Below, one piece after another: positions 39,995-48,573 of a stretch of 64,000 bases of DNA (within the stretch, counting starts at the first letter, position 1; every line of letters begins with the position of its first letter). Source of the stretch: Promethearchaeota archaeon (lineage in GTDB: Archaea > Asgardarchaeota > Thorarchaeia > Thorarchaeales > Thorarchaeaceae); the NCBI GenBank assembly GCA_014728035.1, contig WJMJ01000059.1, positions 288,001-352,000 on the forward strand, read 5' to 3'. The notes beneath the pieces were generated by a model, which was not told the DNA's origin, did no database searches, and saw nothing but the letters and a program-made list of their open reading frames with translations. Made by a program: the position numbers and the translations under genes.

Positions 39995-41281
39995 CTAACT
40001 GTTCATTTGTTCTAACTGTATCCATATGAGTTCAGCTAGACTTGTACCACCAAATTCTTCCATTTCCACTTCCCTACTCATATTCTCCCATGCATGATTT
40101 CCATAGATGAGTTTTAGCAATGCAACCTCGGTTTCATCATCCCCCTCAGAATACCGCCACAATTCAATACGATTATTGTTGCTGACTTGGACTGATGGTG
40201 TTTCTGAACAATTATTGGCATTTAACCAGAACTGAATCGAATAGTTAACTGACAGGTCAACTCTATCTGCCAAGAATCCCTTCTCTCCTTTTCCTCCCTC
40301 ATACAACACCTGTTCATCCAATACTCCATGAACATGAAGTATCGAAAGTGGATCAGACGGTTGTGGAATTACATACAGATCGCTGTCCTCTGTCATTCTT
40401 CCTCCTACACTTCCAGAAACGGGAGCTATTGCAGTCAGTATTTCTGAATGTTCAGCTGCAAATCGGTAGGTCATCATTGCTCCGTTGGAATGCCCTGTCA
40501 TGTAAATCTTTGATTGGTTTACCTTGTATGTTGCAATAAGATCCTGTATCAGATGATAAAGAAATGAAACATCACTAGCATTATTCTTGTACGCATATGC
40601 ATCAATATATCCTGAGTTCCATGTGTGGAATTGATATTCCATATCTCCTAACCCGTCTGGATATACTACTATGAATCCATATTCATCTGCAATTGTATCA
40701 AATCCATACGAGTTCTTCATACTCTTAGCATTGCCTCCTCCGCCATGAAGAGCTAAAAGTAATGGAATGTCACCCAGTTCGTTATAATTTTCTGGCAGAT
40801 GTAGGAGATACTGTCGTTGTGTTTCTCCAATGGTTATGTAGCTATAACCAGTAGACTGTGAACGAAGTGTTGCAAACAGTGGGAGTAAAATTAACAGACC
40901 AATTATGGAAATAGCAATCAAACGATTTCGTTTAAGTTTAGATTTATTCCCGTACATTATTAGAAAAGCGCCTATAATTCCAAGAATTGTGCCAAGGAAT
41001 ATCCCTGTACCAATCAATACTCCCCATATTGCTGAAAGAATAATGATGATTGGCCCCATCATACTCCATCTCGTAGATAGTATTGTACCTAATATCACAA
41101 GAATACCGAAAAGCATACCACCTATCGCTAGAATAATACCTGTAGATGGCATTATAGTGGCAAGTAATAGACCGAAATAGGTGAATCTTAGCCCATTGAG
41201 AAGGAGAAGGATACCTCCGACAATAGCAGTTATCCCTCCTAATCTGATGAATCGACTTGTTTCTTCAGAATTTACACTCAT
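39995..41281 (-). CDS. Membrane-anchored PHB-depolymerase/LpqC-like esterase
   Basis: N-terminal TMs; LHGGGG, VVYPDG, WN, GHSNGAMM nucleophile elbow and HG..D. Confidence 0.85.
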   Translation of the reverse strand: MSVNSEETSRFIRLGGITAIVGGILLLLNGLRFTYFGLLLATIMPSTGIILAIGGMLFGILVILGTILSTRWSMMGPIIIILSAIWGVLIGTGIFLGTILGIIGAFLIMYGNKSKLKRNRLIAISIIGLLILLPLFATLRSQSTGYSYITIGETQRQYLLHLPENYNELGDIPLLLALHGGGGNAKSMKNSYGFDTIADEYGFIVVYPDGLGDMEYQFHTWNSGYIDAYAYKNNASDVSFLYHLIQDLIATYKVNQSKIYMTGHSNGAMMTYRFAAEHSEILTAIAPVSGSVGGRMTEDSDLYVIPQPSDPLSILHVHGVLDEQVLYEGGKGEKGFLADRVDLSVNYSIQFWLNANNCSETPSVQVSNNNRIELWRYSEGDDETEVALLKLIYGNHAWENMSREVEMEEFGGTSLAELIWIQLEQMNS

Positions 41282-41333
41282 ATCTCCTGATCCTCTCTGA
41301 TATGAATAGGCGTTATGGATGATTAATACTCTG

Positions 41334-41774
41334 TTATTCGTTTTCAATAATTGGACGAATGCTGCTAGGTGTAGTCAATCCTCTAACCTCGACTATTCTG
41401 GCACCAAATCCACCAATTAATCCTGCAAATAACCATGTGAGATATGCTGTATCAAATCCAAACACAGATGAAATTGTAGATATGGAAAGTGCACTGAAAA
41501 CGATAACATCAGCAAAGAGTGTCAAGCCCGCAAACAACAAACCCGCAATCATTCCCTTTACAAGTGCACAGATTTGAAATTTTAGACTACATCCTCCCCC
41601 AACTAGATTTTTGTATATGATTGGAGCTGTCATTAGTACTAATATGATTGGAATCACCCACCGAAGCTGTATTAGTAGAGTGGATACTGAAGATAATACG
41701 ATGCTCAAAAAATAAATTGGAACCCAGTAGACGGGAACCCAAAACCATGTTCTAATCTCATCCAAGTAACTCAT
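41334..41774 (-). CDS. Hypothetical membrane protein
   Basis: About 4 TM helices. Confidence 0.7.
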   Translation of the reverse strand: MSYLDEIRTWFWVPVYWVPIYFLSIVLSSVSTLLIQLRWVIPIILVLMTAPIIYKNLVGGGCSLKFQICALVKGMIAGLLFAGLTLFADVIVFSALSISTISSVFGFDTAYLTWLFAGLIGGFGARIVEVRGLTTPSSIRPIIENE

Positions 41775-41837
41775 TCTCTTCACTGTAACAGTTTTCTTTT
41801 TTCTATTGATTACTTCTTGGGTATGGTCTCGTTTTAC

Positions 41838-41856
41838 TAGTCACAAATTGTGACTA
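41838..41856. promoter_or_regulatory. Perfect palindromic operator
   Basis: TAGTCACAA-A-TTGTGACTA, about 30 bp upstream of the TTATATA box at 41887. Confidence 0.6.
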
Positions 41857-41886
41857 CTTCCAGTGTCCTATAATCGTGGCTTTCCA

Positions 41887-41893
41887 TTATATA
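41887..41893 (+). promoter_or_regulatory. TATA box of the micro-ORF cassette
   Basis: TTATATA ending 31 nt upstream of the first ATG. Confidence 0.5.
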
Positions 41894-41924
41894 CTGATTC
41901 TGAGTAGTAATCTTGTGAACAATC

Positions 41925-42029
41925 ATGGCGTTAGCGATTAACTCCCGACCCAACTCAGAGACGAAGAACATCACCTGCAAGAAGCAGAGTACCAAGGCAC
42001 TCGCATATGCTTACACCTACCGGAGGTAG
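41925..42029 (+). CDS. Micro-ORF A, 34 aa (MALAINSRPNSETKNITCKKQSTKALAYAYTYRR)
   Basis: GTGA SD-like element; C/G-ending codons; paralogous to ORF B. Confidence 0.65.
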   Translation: MALAINSRPNSETKNITCKKQSTKALAYAYTYRR

Positions 42030-42035
42030 AACACA

Positions 42036-42119
42036 ATGGCGGTATCCAAGATTAAGATCATCAAGGCAACCAAAACTCCCTCAACCAAGGCTATCACTGA
42101 TGCCTACTTCAGGAGGTAA
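42036..42119 (+). CDS. Micro-ORF B, 27 aa (MAVSKIKIIKATKTPSTKAITDAYFRR)
   Basis: GGAGGT SD 8 nt upstream; shares STKA...AY..RR with ORF A. Confidence 0.7.
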   Translation: MAVSKIKIIKATKTPSTKAITDAYFRR

Positions 42120-42124
42120 TATCG

Positions 42125-42229
42125 ATGAAGCCTAGCGTTGAAGATATTCTATCAATTCCCACTCACCAAGACTCTAGCAAGAGCGGTGACCTAGCTACAA
42201 GCGAAGTGCTCGCGTTGGAAGCAACCTGA
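42125..42229 (+). CDS. Micro-ORF C, 34 aa (MKPSVEDILSIPTHQDSSKSGDLATSEVLALEAT)
   Basis: AGGAGGT SD 7 nt upstream, formed by the end of ORF B. Confidence 0.6.
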   Translation: MKPSVEDILSIPTHQDSSKSGDLATSEVLALEAT

Positions 42230-42411
42230 GCACACACTCTTTCAATTTACTCTATCCTTCGGACCTTATTCAATAGATATAATTCTGAATAGTGTATTAG
42301 AAAAGAGGTTGAATTGTTTATAATTAATTATTCCGACCAACTCATTGAAGAATTATTTTGGAAGTTGACTTATAAAATACAAATAGTTCAATGTAATGTG
42401 ATTCTCGAACA

Positions 42412-43134
42412 ATGCCCGATCAAGATAATCGCCCAATCGCATTGGATGTCTATGAAGAGATTGCAGAAAGCTATGCTGCAAAGGTGGATACCAAAGCGCA
42501 TAACGCATTTATCGACTGGCCTGCAGTAACATCTTTACTTCCAAATCTGAACGACATTCTCGTATTAGATGTTGGTTCTGGGCCTGGAAGATATGCTGAA
42601 TATCTCCTTGAAAATAGTGCAAAAGTAGTAAGCATTGATGTAAGCTCTAATATGCTCAGGTTGGCACGTAGAAGAGTAAGGGAGCAGTCAAATTTCATCA
42701 GAGCTGATATCGAGTATAATCTTCCGTTCTTGAATTCAGATATCTTTGACTTGGTTCTTTGCCCCTTGGTTCTTGACTATATTTATGACTGGCATAAGAC
42801 GTTCAGAAGATTTTCCGAACTTCTGAAAAAAGACGGGCTATTGATTTTTTCTGCTGGACATCCATTTGATAAAGCATTCATTCGTTCTAAGCGTGAATAC
42901 TTCTTGGTCAAAAGAATGGAATATCCCTGGAGTGGTTTTGGAAAGCGTGTTATGATGCAATATTACCATCGTCCTTTGTCTGACATGATTGGTGCACTTC
43001 ACAGCTCTGGGTTTATTATTGAAGAGCTTCTCGAACCACGACCTATTAAGGAATGCAAGCAAATGGACCCTGAAACATACGAAGAGTCTAATTCATGGCC
43101 GAGTTTTATCTGCATCAAAGCACGTAACAGTTGA
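42412..43134 (+). CDS. Class I SAM-dependent methyltransferase
   Basis: VLDVGSGPG, IDVS, AD, FDLV and HP; YYHRPLS and EP.P. Confidence 0.9.
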   Translation: MPDQDNRPIALDVYEEIAESYAAKVDTKAHNAFIDWPAVTSLLPNLNDILVLDVGSGPGRYAEYLLENSAKVVSIDVSSNMLRLARRRVREQSNFIRADIEYNLPFLNSDIFDLVLCPLVLDYIYDWHKTFRRFSELLKKDGLLIFSAGHPFDKAFIRSKREYFLVKRMEYPWSGFGKRVMMQYYHRPLSDMIGALHSSGFIIEELLEPRPIKECKQMDPETYEESNSWPSFICIKARNS

Positions 43135-43188
43135 CAAAACATCTGTAAGTTTATTAACTACAGAGAAAAATCGCGCTGAGGAGTTGCT

Positions 43189-44034
43189 ATGAACGAAACT
43201 GATTCATCATCTAATCAAGTTTTTGTAAGAAAGCATACATTCTTTGTATTCTCGCTATTATCACTTGTAATTGGATTCATTGGTTATCTGCCAATGGTTT
43301 TGGCTGAGTATGGGATGTTCTCCCAAGATATAGTTGCACCATTTCTACTCTTAGGTGGTGGATCTCCTACTATTGCAGCTGTAATTACAGCTATTCTTGC
43401 TTTCGGCGGTGATGGGGCAAAGAATATCTTTTCTGGCTTTACTCGAGAAATCACACAAAAACCAATGATTGTTGTTGCTATTCTTTTGCCGTTTATTACA
43501 TTCTATGCTGCAATTGCTCTTATGGTCATTGCTGGTTCCTCTCTACTATTCTTAGATGCAAGCTATGCCGTGTTTCTCCCCATTTTACTAAGCAATTTTC
43601 TAATGAACATCTGGGAAGAAATTGGTTGGCGAGGTTTTGGATTGCCAACCTTACAAAAAACTCAGAATGCCTTTGTATCTAGCATTATTCTTGGAATCGT
43701 GTGGTCTCTTTGGCACTGGCAATATTTTGTAATTCCAAATAGTGCTCAGATTGAAATCTATGGGAATTTCCTCATCTTCTCTATACATACAATTGTTGTG
43801 ACAATTCTTTATACCTGGATCTATAATTCAACTAACGGTAATCTATTTTCAGTTACTTTGTATCACGCAATCACCAATACTGTTGGATTTCTAATTTATT
43901 CCACAGGATTTGTAATTCCTGCAATATTTACTCTTGGAATCAATTCTGTTCTTGCAATAGTCGTCATTGTGATTTATAGAGTCAAATCACTATCTTCAGA
44001 AGAGAAAGTCACAATTGACCAAATAATGGAATAG
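43189..44034 (+). CDS. CPBP (Rce1/Abi) intramembrane glutamic protease
   Basis: EEIGWRG, WSLWH and HAITN. Confidence 0.9.
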   Translation: MNETDSSSNQVFVRKHTFFVFSLLSLVIGFIGYLPMVLAEYGMFSQDIVAPFLLLGGGSPTIAAVITAILAFGGDGAKNIFSGFTREITQKPMIVVAILLPFITFYAAIALMVIAGSSLLFLDASYAVFLPILLSNFLMNIWEEIGWRGFGLPTLQKTQNAFVSSIILGIVWSLWHWQYFVIPNSAQIEIYGNFLIFSIHTIVVTILYTWIYNSTNGNLFSVTLYHAITNTVGFLIYSTGFVIPAIFTLGINSVLAIVVIVIYRVKSLSSEEKVTIDQIME

Positions 44035-44079
44035 TTTCTCATTATATGGCAATAATTTGGGAGGCTTACTGTCTCCTTT

Positions 44080-44661
44080 CTATTTTAGTTTCTCTTTTCT
44101 TTCCTTGTATACTTCAATCATGAGATTGGTAAGATCACAGAATGCATCTTCGATATTTTCTCCTGTTAGTGCAGAAGTTTCCTTAAATAAGACTGGAATA
44201 TTCATTCGGTCACTAAATACCGATGCAAATTTTTTTCCCTCATCAGTTGTGACGATATCATGCCTGCTCTTCTGTTCTCGCAGGTCTATCTTGTTTCCTA
44301 CAACTACTGATGGTGGTAACGATCCAATGTATTTGTGAGCTTCAACCAACCATTTACTTGCATTGTCAAATGAACGTCTATCAACTACTGAATAGACCAG
44401 AATCACCGCACTGCATCCTTGATAGTAATAACTCCGAATCTTCTCATAAGCCTCTTGTCCTGCTAAATCCCATATGACAAGTCGTATAGTATTATCATTG
44501 ACTTTAACATATTTCTGTGCAAAATCCACTCCAATTGTTGCGAGGTGTTGAGCAACAAAACCACTTCCCATGTATCTACGCCTGATGCTGGTTTTTCCGA
44601 CTGATGCATCGCCTATCAGTACCAGCTTAAACATCATGCTCCGTAACTTATCCGAACTCAC
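44080..44661 (-). CDS. Rab-like small GTPase
   Basis: FKLVLIGDASVGKTS, TIGVDF, LVIWDLAGQE, SYYYQG, GNKID and ETSA; no C-terminal Cys. Confidence 0.93.
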   Translation of the reverse strand: MSSDKLRSMMFKLVLIGDASVGKTSIRRRYMGSGFVAQHLATIGVDFAQKYVKVNDNTIRLVIWDLAGQEAYEKIRSYYYQGCSAVILVYSVVDRRSFDNASKWLVEAHKYIGSLPPSVVVGNKIDLREQKSRHDIVTTDEGKKFASVFSDRMNIPVLFKETSALTGENIEDAFCDLTNLMIEVYKERKEKLK

Positions 44662-44749
44662 ACTGAAATCACACCTACTTTCTATCCTTTGTTTGTATTC
44701 AATTAAGGCATTCTAGAAAAGCCGGAAGGAATGAGAACTGCTTCTCTTT

Positions 44750-45754
44750 CTAGAATCGTCTCATTTTGTCTTGATAATACATATTTGGTTTGTACGTTTG
44801 AGGCCACTCTGGTTCATTTTTCATGATTTCTTCAATCTCTTCCAAAGTTGTTGAAGATAATGTTACATCTGATGCTTTGACATTCTCAATCACATGTTCA
44901 GGTTTTGTGGCACCTGTGATTGCTGCTGATATCTCTGGCCTTCTCAATATCCATGCTAATGCTAATTGGCTCATTGAGATATCCAACGAGTCTGCTACCG
45001 TTTCAAGCTTTCTAAGCTTCTCGATGTTCTCTTCTGTTAATTTTGCTTTGAGTGAATCAGATCTACTTCCGCGAGACCCCTCTGGAACCCCATCGTTGTA
45101 TTTTCCAGTCAGTAGTCCCTGATATAATGGACTCCAGACGGTAAATCCCATACCGTGAGTCTTTGCAACAGGCATGATTTCAAGCTCAATGTGTCTGAAA
45201 AACATGTTATACATTGGCTGTTCGACTATTGGTGGTCTTGCACCTAATGCTTTAGCTACTGCATTAGCTCGTTCTAGTTGTGCAGCTGTCCAAACTGAAG
45301 TACCCCAATAGTGAATTTTTCCGGCTCGAATTAGGTCATCTAGAACTTCAACTGTTTCTTTTAGTGGCGTAGTGTAATCATATCTATGCATGTAATAAAT
45401 GTCAATATGATCTGTATTCAATCTATCAAGAGTGCCGTCTATCGCATTCATAATATTTTTTCGACTATTTCCCCAATCTGTAATGGCATCTCCTGTTGGC
45501 CAAAATACTTTGCTTGAAATTACCAAGTCCTTTCTATCGATTGTTTCTTCTTTCAACCATTCTCCAATAACTGCTTCTGCCTTGCCTTTGGCATAAATCT
45601 CTGCTGAATCTATGAAATTAATACCATGCTCTATTGCTGTTGTCATGCAAGTCTTAGCAATCTGATCATCCACTGTGCCTCCATATGTCAACCAAGAACC
45701 AAGGGAGATTTCACTTATTTTAAGACCGCTCTTTCCGACTTTTCTGTATTTCAT
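44750..45754 (-). CDS. Aldo/keto reductase (Kv-beta-like)
   Basis: LGSWLTYG, DSAEIY, SK, HRYD, WSPL and QLALAW. Confidence 0.92.
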   Translation of the reverse strand: MKYRKVGKSGLKISEISLGSWLTYGGTVDDQIAKTCMTTAIEHGINFIDSAEIYAKGKAEAVIGEWLKEETIDRKDLVISSKVFWPTGDAITDWGNSRKNIMNAIDGTLDRLNTDHIDIYYMHRYDYTTPLKETVEVLDDLIRAGKIHYWGTSVWTAAQLERANAVAKALGARPPIVEQPMYNMFFRHIELEIMPVAKTHGMGFTVWSPLYQGLLTGKYNDGVPEGSRGSRSDSLKAKLTEENIEKLRKLETVADSLDISMSQLALAWILRRPEISAAITGATKPEHVIENVKASDVTLSSTTLEEIEEIMKNEPEWPQTYKPNMYYQDKMRRF

Positions 45755-45938
45755 ACTATTATCTCCGTGTCACATTCAAATAACAATAACTATAGTTAAT
45801 TATAAATTAGCCGGTATGTGTTTTTTTTCGCGGTTTCATCTTAACTTTTTCATTCACCCTAATAATGACTATATGGACTCCTGTGATTTCTCACATAATC
45901 TAGAGGTATTCCACAGAATTTGACATTGGGGACTGCAA

Positions 45939-46220
45939 ATGATTCTTAAACTAAATTGCCCTGAGTGTTCTGCAGAGGCTACTATTGACTTGCCAACCGA
46001 TGAGGTTGAGCGAATAAAACAGACGATACTGACAGAGGGCCGATCACCAACTTTGATAGCACGATGTAAATCGAACCATAGTTTACTCGTTACACTATAT
46101 TTTCGTGATGATGCTTTAGGAGTCCGAGATGTTAGAATACCTTTGAACCCAAGCAGTGATGACAAAGAAACTGATGAAATGGACTGGGTTACTGGAGTAT
46201 TTGGAGGCAAACGAAAATGA
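45939..46220 (+). CDS. Small Zn-ribbon protein
   Basis: CPEC...C..NH; ATGA overlap with the next gene. Confidence 0.7.
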   Translation: MILKLNCPECSAEATIDLPTDEVERIKQTILTEGRSPTLIARCKSNHSLLVTLYFRDDALGVRDVRIPLNPSSDDKETDEMDWVTGVFGGKRK

Positions 46221-46591
46221 CTATCCGTCTTGTAGCTAGAGTTAGGCCAAATGATCTTCATTCTACTATTCTATATCCTCATGACGATGAGAGTGAAGAA
46301 AGGGTCGCCATGTTAGCTGGAATTATTCAACTTGTTTCAGCTGCTCTGGTTAAATCAACCGAAGCTGATGGAGAAACTCCATTACGTTTTATGAAATCTG
46401 ATGATGGTGTAATTGGTTATTGTAAGCAGGGTGATTATGTAATTATCTGTGAAGGTGACTCAGAAGATACTGCAACTGAGGCAATTCAGGCTGTCCTTGA
46501 TAATCCTGGGGCTTCACCAAAAGAATTGGGCTCTAAACTTTCAAAAGTTGTTCATGATCGTGGTAAAGAAATAGGGGATTTATGGAGGTAA
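46217..46591 (+). CDS. Small longin/roadblock-like protein
   Basis: beta-beta-alpha(MLAGIIQLVS)-beta-beta-beta-alpha arrangement. Confidence 0.5.
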   Translation: MTIRLVARVRPNDLHSTILYPHDDESEERVAMLAGIIQLVSAALVKSTEADGETPLRFMKSDDGVIGYCKQGDYVIICEGDSEDTATEAIQAVLDNPGASPKELGSKLSKVVHDRGKEIGDLWR

Positions 46592-46595
46592 GAAT

Positions 46596-48014
46596 TTGGA
46601 TTTTGTACTCTCACTAACCATCTCAACAATTTTCTCTGCAATTTTGTTGTTTATTTCGCTTGGTATCTATTTGAAACGTCTAAGAGGAATTTTACCTAAC
46701 CTTACGGAAGCAACTGCCAATTCTCTACAGTTGTTCGCATTATCTTTGTTCTTCTTGGCGTTAGTAGCTACTTTCATCCAGCATACATCATTCTTATCAG
46801 TTACAGCAATTGCACTAATGTTTGGTATACTTATTGCTTCATTTCTTCAGTTGGTAACTGATGATGCTAAAAAGATGAAAGTGGGATTAATATTAGTTTC
46901 AATTGTCACTGGATTAATGACCATTGAAGCATTTTTGCGTTCCGTCTATTTATTACCCCCATTCTTTCTATCAATCGGTTTGCCTTTGTTGATGGTTACA
47001 AGTTTGCTCCTCTCAATCTATCTTGTGAAAGAATCATTCTCTCCATTCAGTGTATCAGGTCTTTTGCTTGTAATATCTTACATAATCGCAGGCTTTCTAT
47101 TCACTATTTCCGAGTTGGGTAGTTCTTCTCTTTTCATCCTTTACCTACATCCAAAGTATTTCTTTCTTCAAGTAATCCCGTTTGTAATTGGAGCAGCAAT
47201 ACTAGCATCACTTCTCCGTCCATGGAGATACATGGTTTCCCTCGGTCTATTGTTTTTTGCTTATACAATTGGCCTTGGTATAATGATTCCCGCTTTTATT
47301 GACGGAGATGTAATTATTTTTCAGACTATGTTGTTGCTTACTGTTGCATCATCTTTCGTAGCTATACCTTTGAATTTCTTTCTTGAACAGGTGTCCGAGA
47401 GCAGAGCACGAACGCCCAGGTACATTTCAGTAACATTGCTGTTTGTTGCAATTATATCAATATTGCATACAATGAATTACGCATTCTTTCTAAGTTATCT
47501 GGGTAATTTTGATGAGGGCTTACTATTCTTTGAATGGGTTCTTGGGGTTTCTGCTACCAGTACTTTTCTCTTAGCTGCCGCATCTGTTGGATTATCCAAA
47601 CGCATGCAAATCTATACTAGAGAAATTCTCATTGCTATTGGAGCAATATTGCTAACCCTTGGATTTCCTCTTATACGACGTATTCAATATGAGGATAGCA
47701 TGATTACCGTATTGGAATGGGACACTCTATTCATTCCGTTGCTTTTTCTAATTTTTGTGGCATTTATGGTCTTCTTTGGTGTGGCTAGAAGGATGGTCAA
47801 GGCCGGTGCGGTCCAAGCAGCGGTGCATTTTCTTACTTTCATGTTTTCAGCTCTTGGATTTGGTATTATCGCAATGTTCATCGAGCTTTTCCCATTACGC
47901 CTTCTAATAGTTATTATTGTTGGAATTATTGTACTACTGATTTTGGGTACACCTCGTACTATCGATAAAGTGTTTTCATTTTGGCGTTCTAAAGAAAACG
48001 TATCGGAAACATGA
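46596..48014 (+). CDS. Polytopic membrane protein (about 13-14 TM)
   Basis: Almost entirely hydrophobic helices; no transporter motif recognised; GGAGGT SD. Confidence 0.75.
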   Translation: MDFVLSLTISTIFSAILLFISLGIYLKRLRGILPNLTEATANSLQLFALSLFFLALVATFIQHTSFLSVTAIALMFGILIASFLQLVTDDAKKMKVGLILVSIVTGLMTIEAFLRSVYLLPPFFLSIGLPLLMVTSLLLSIYLVKESFSPFSVSGLLLVISYIIAGFLFTISELGSSSLFILYLHPKYFFLQVIPFVIGAAILASLLRPWRYMVSLGLLFFAYTIGLGIMIPAFIDGDVIIFQTMLLLTVASSFVAIPLNFFLEQVSESRARTPRYISVTLLFVAIISILHTMNYAFFLSYLGNFDEGLLFFEWVLGVSATSTFLLAAASVGLSKRMQIYTREILIAIGAILLTLGFPLIRRIQYEDSMITVLEWDTLFIPLLFLIFVAFMVFFGVARRMVKAGAVQAAVHFLTFMFSALGFGIIAMFIELFPLRLLIVIIVGIIVLLILGTPRTIDKVFSFWRSKENVSET

Positions 48015-48027
48015 TGGAGGGAGATTT

Positions 48028-48573
48028 TTGGCGATAATCAAGGTAGCGGTGTTAGGAGATTCAGAAGTTGGCAAGACTTCTTTTACTGAGAGGTGGACAA
48101 AGGGTACTTTTCCAGATCCTGCTCTCTTGAAAACTACTGTTGGTGTTTCCTTTGACACCATTCGAACTGAATTATCCAATGGTGAAAGTGTAACATTGTC
48201 CGTATGGGATTTTGGCGGACAGAAGCGATTCATTGAAACACTGAAACAAATGGTTGATGGGGCAAAAGCAGGTGTACTCTTTTTTGATGCTTCTTATCTT
48301 CCAAGTCTTGATAGTGTGTACAACTATTGGGTTCCACTTATCCAAGACCACGGTGGGTGGGATTTTTCTGGTGGAGACGGTTGGAGATTCATCTTAGTTG
48401 GAAATAAAATCGATCTTCTTGGAGATGATTTTTCCAAAGTAGAGGAAGAAATGAATGCATTCTGTGATAAGTACGATACTGGCCATGCTTTGATCTCAGC
48501 AAAGACTGGTGTTGGTATGGAACAGCTTGATATGAAATTTCGAGATGTTATTGAAAGAGTTCTAGAGTCCTAA
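48028..48573 (+). CDS. Ras/Rab-like small GTPase
   Basis: GDSEVGKTS, TVGVSF, WDFGGQ, GNKID and ISAKTG. Confidence 0.92.
   Translation: MAIIKVAVLGDSEVGKTSFTERWTKGTFPDPALLKTTVGVSFDTIRTELSNGESVTLSVWDFGGQKRFIETLKQMVDGAKAGVLFFDASYLPSLDSVYNYWVPLIQDHGGWDFSGGDGWRFILVGNKIDLLGDDFSKVEEEMNAFCDKYDTGHALISAKTGVGMEQLDMKFRDVIERVLES

Noticed and set aside
41990-42120. Repeated ACCAAGGC...GGAGGTA units as a mini-CRISPR or tandem repeat
   Set aside because: Only two degenerate copies are present, the differences preserve reading frame and amino acids, and there are no cas genes. Paralogous peptides explain it better.
42314-42529. 71-aa ORF upstream of and overlapping the methyltransferase
   Set aside because: It begins in AT-rich promoter-like DNA with a TTG start and overlaps a well-supported CDS out of frame.
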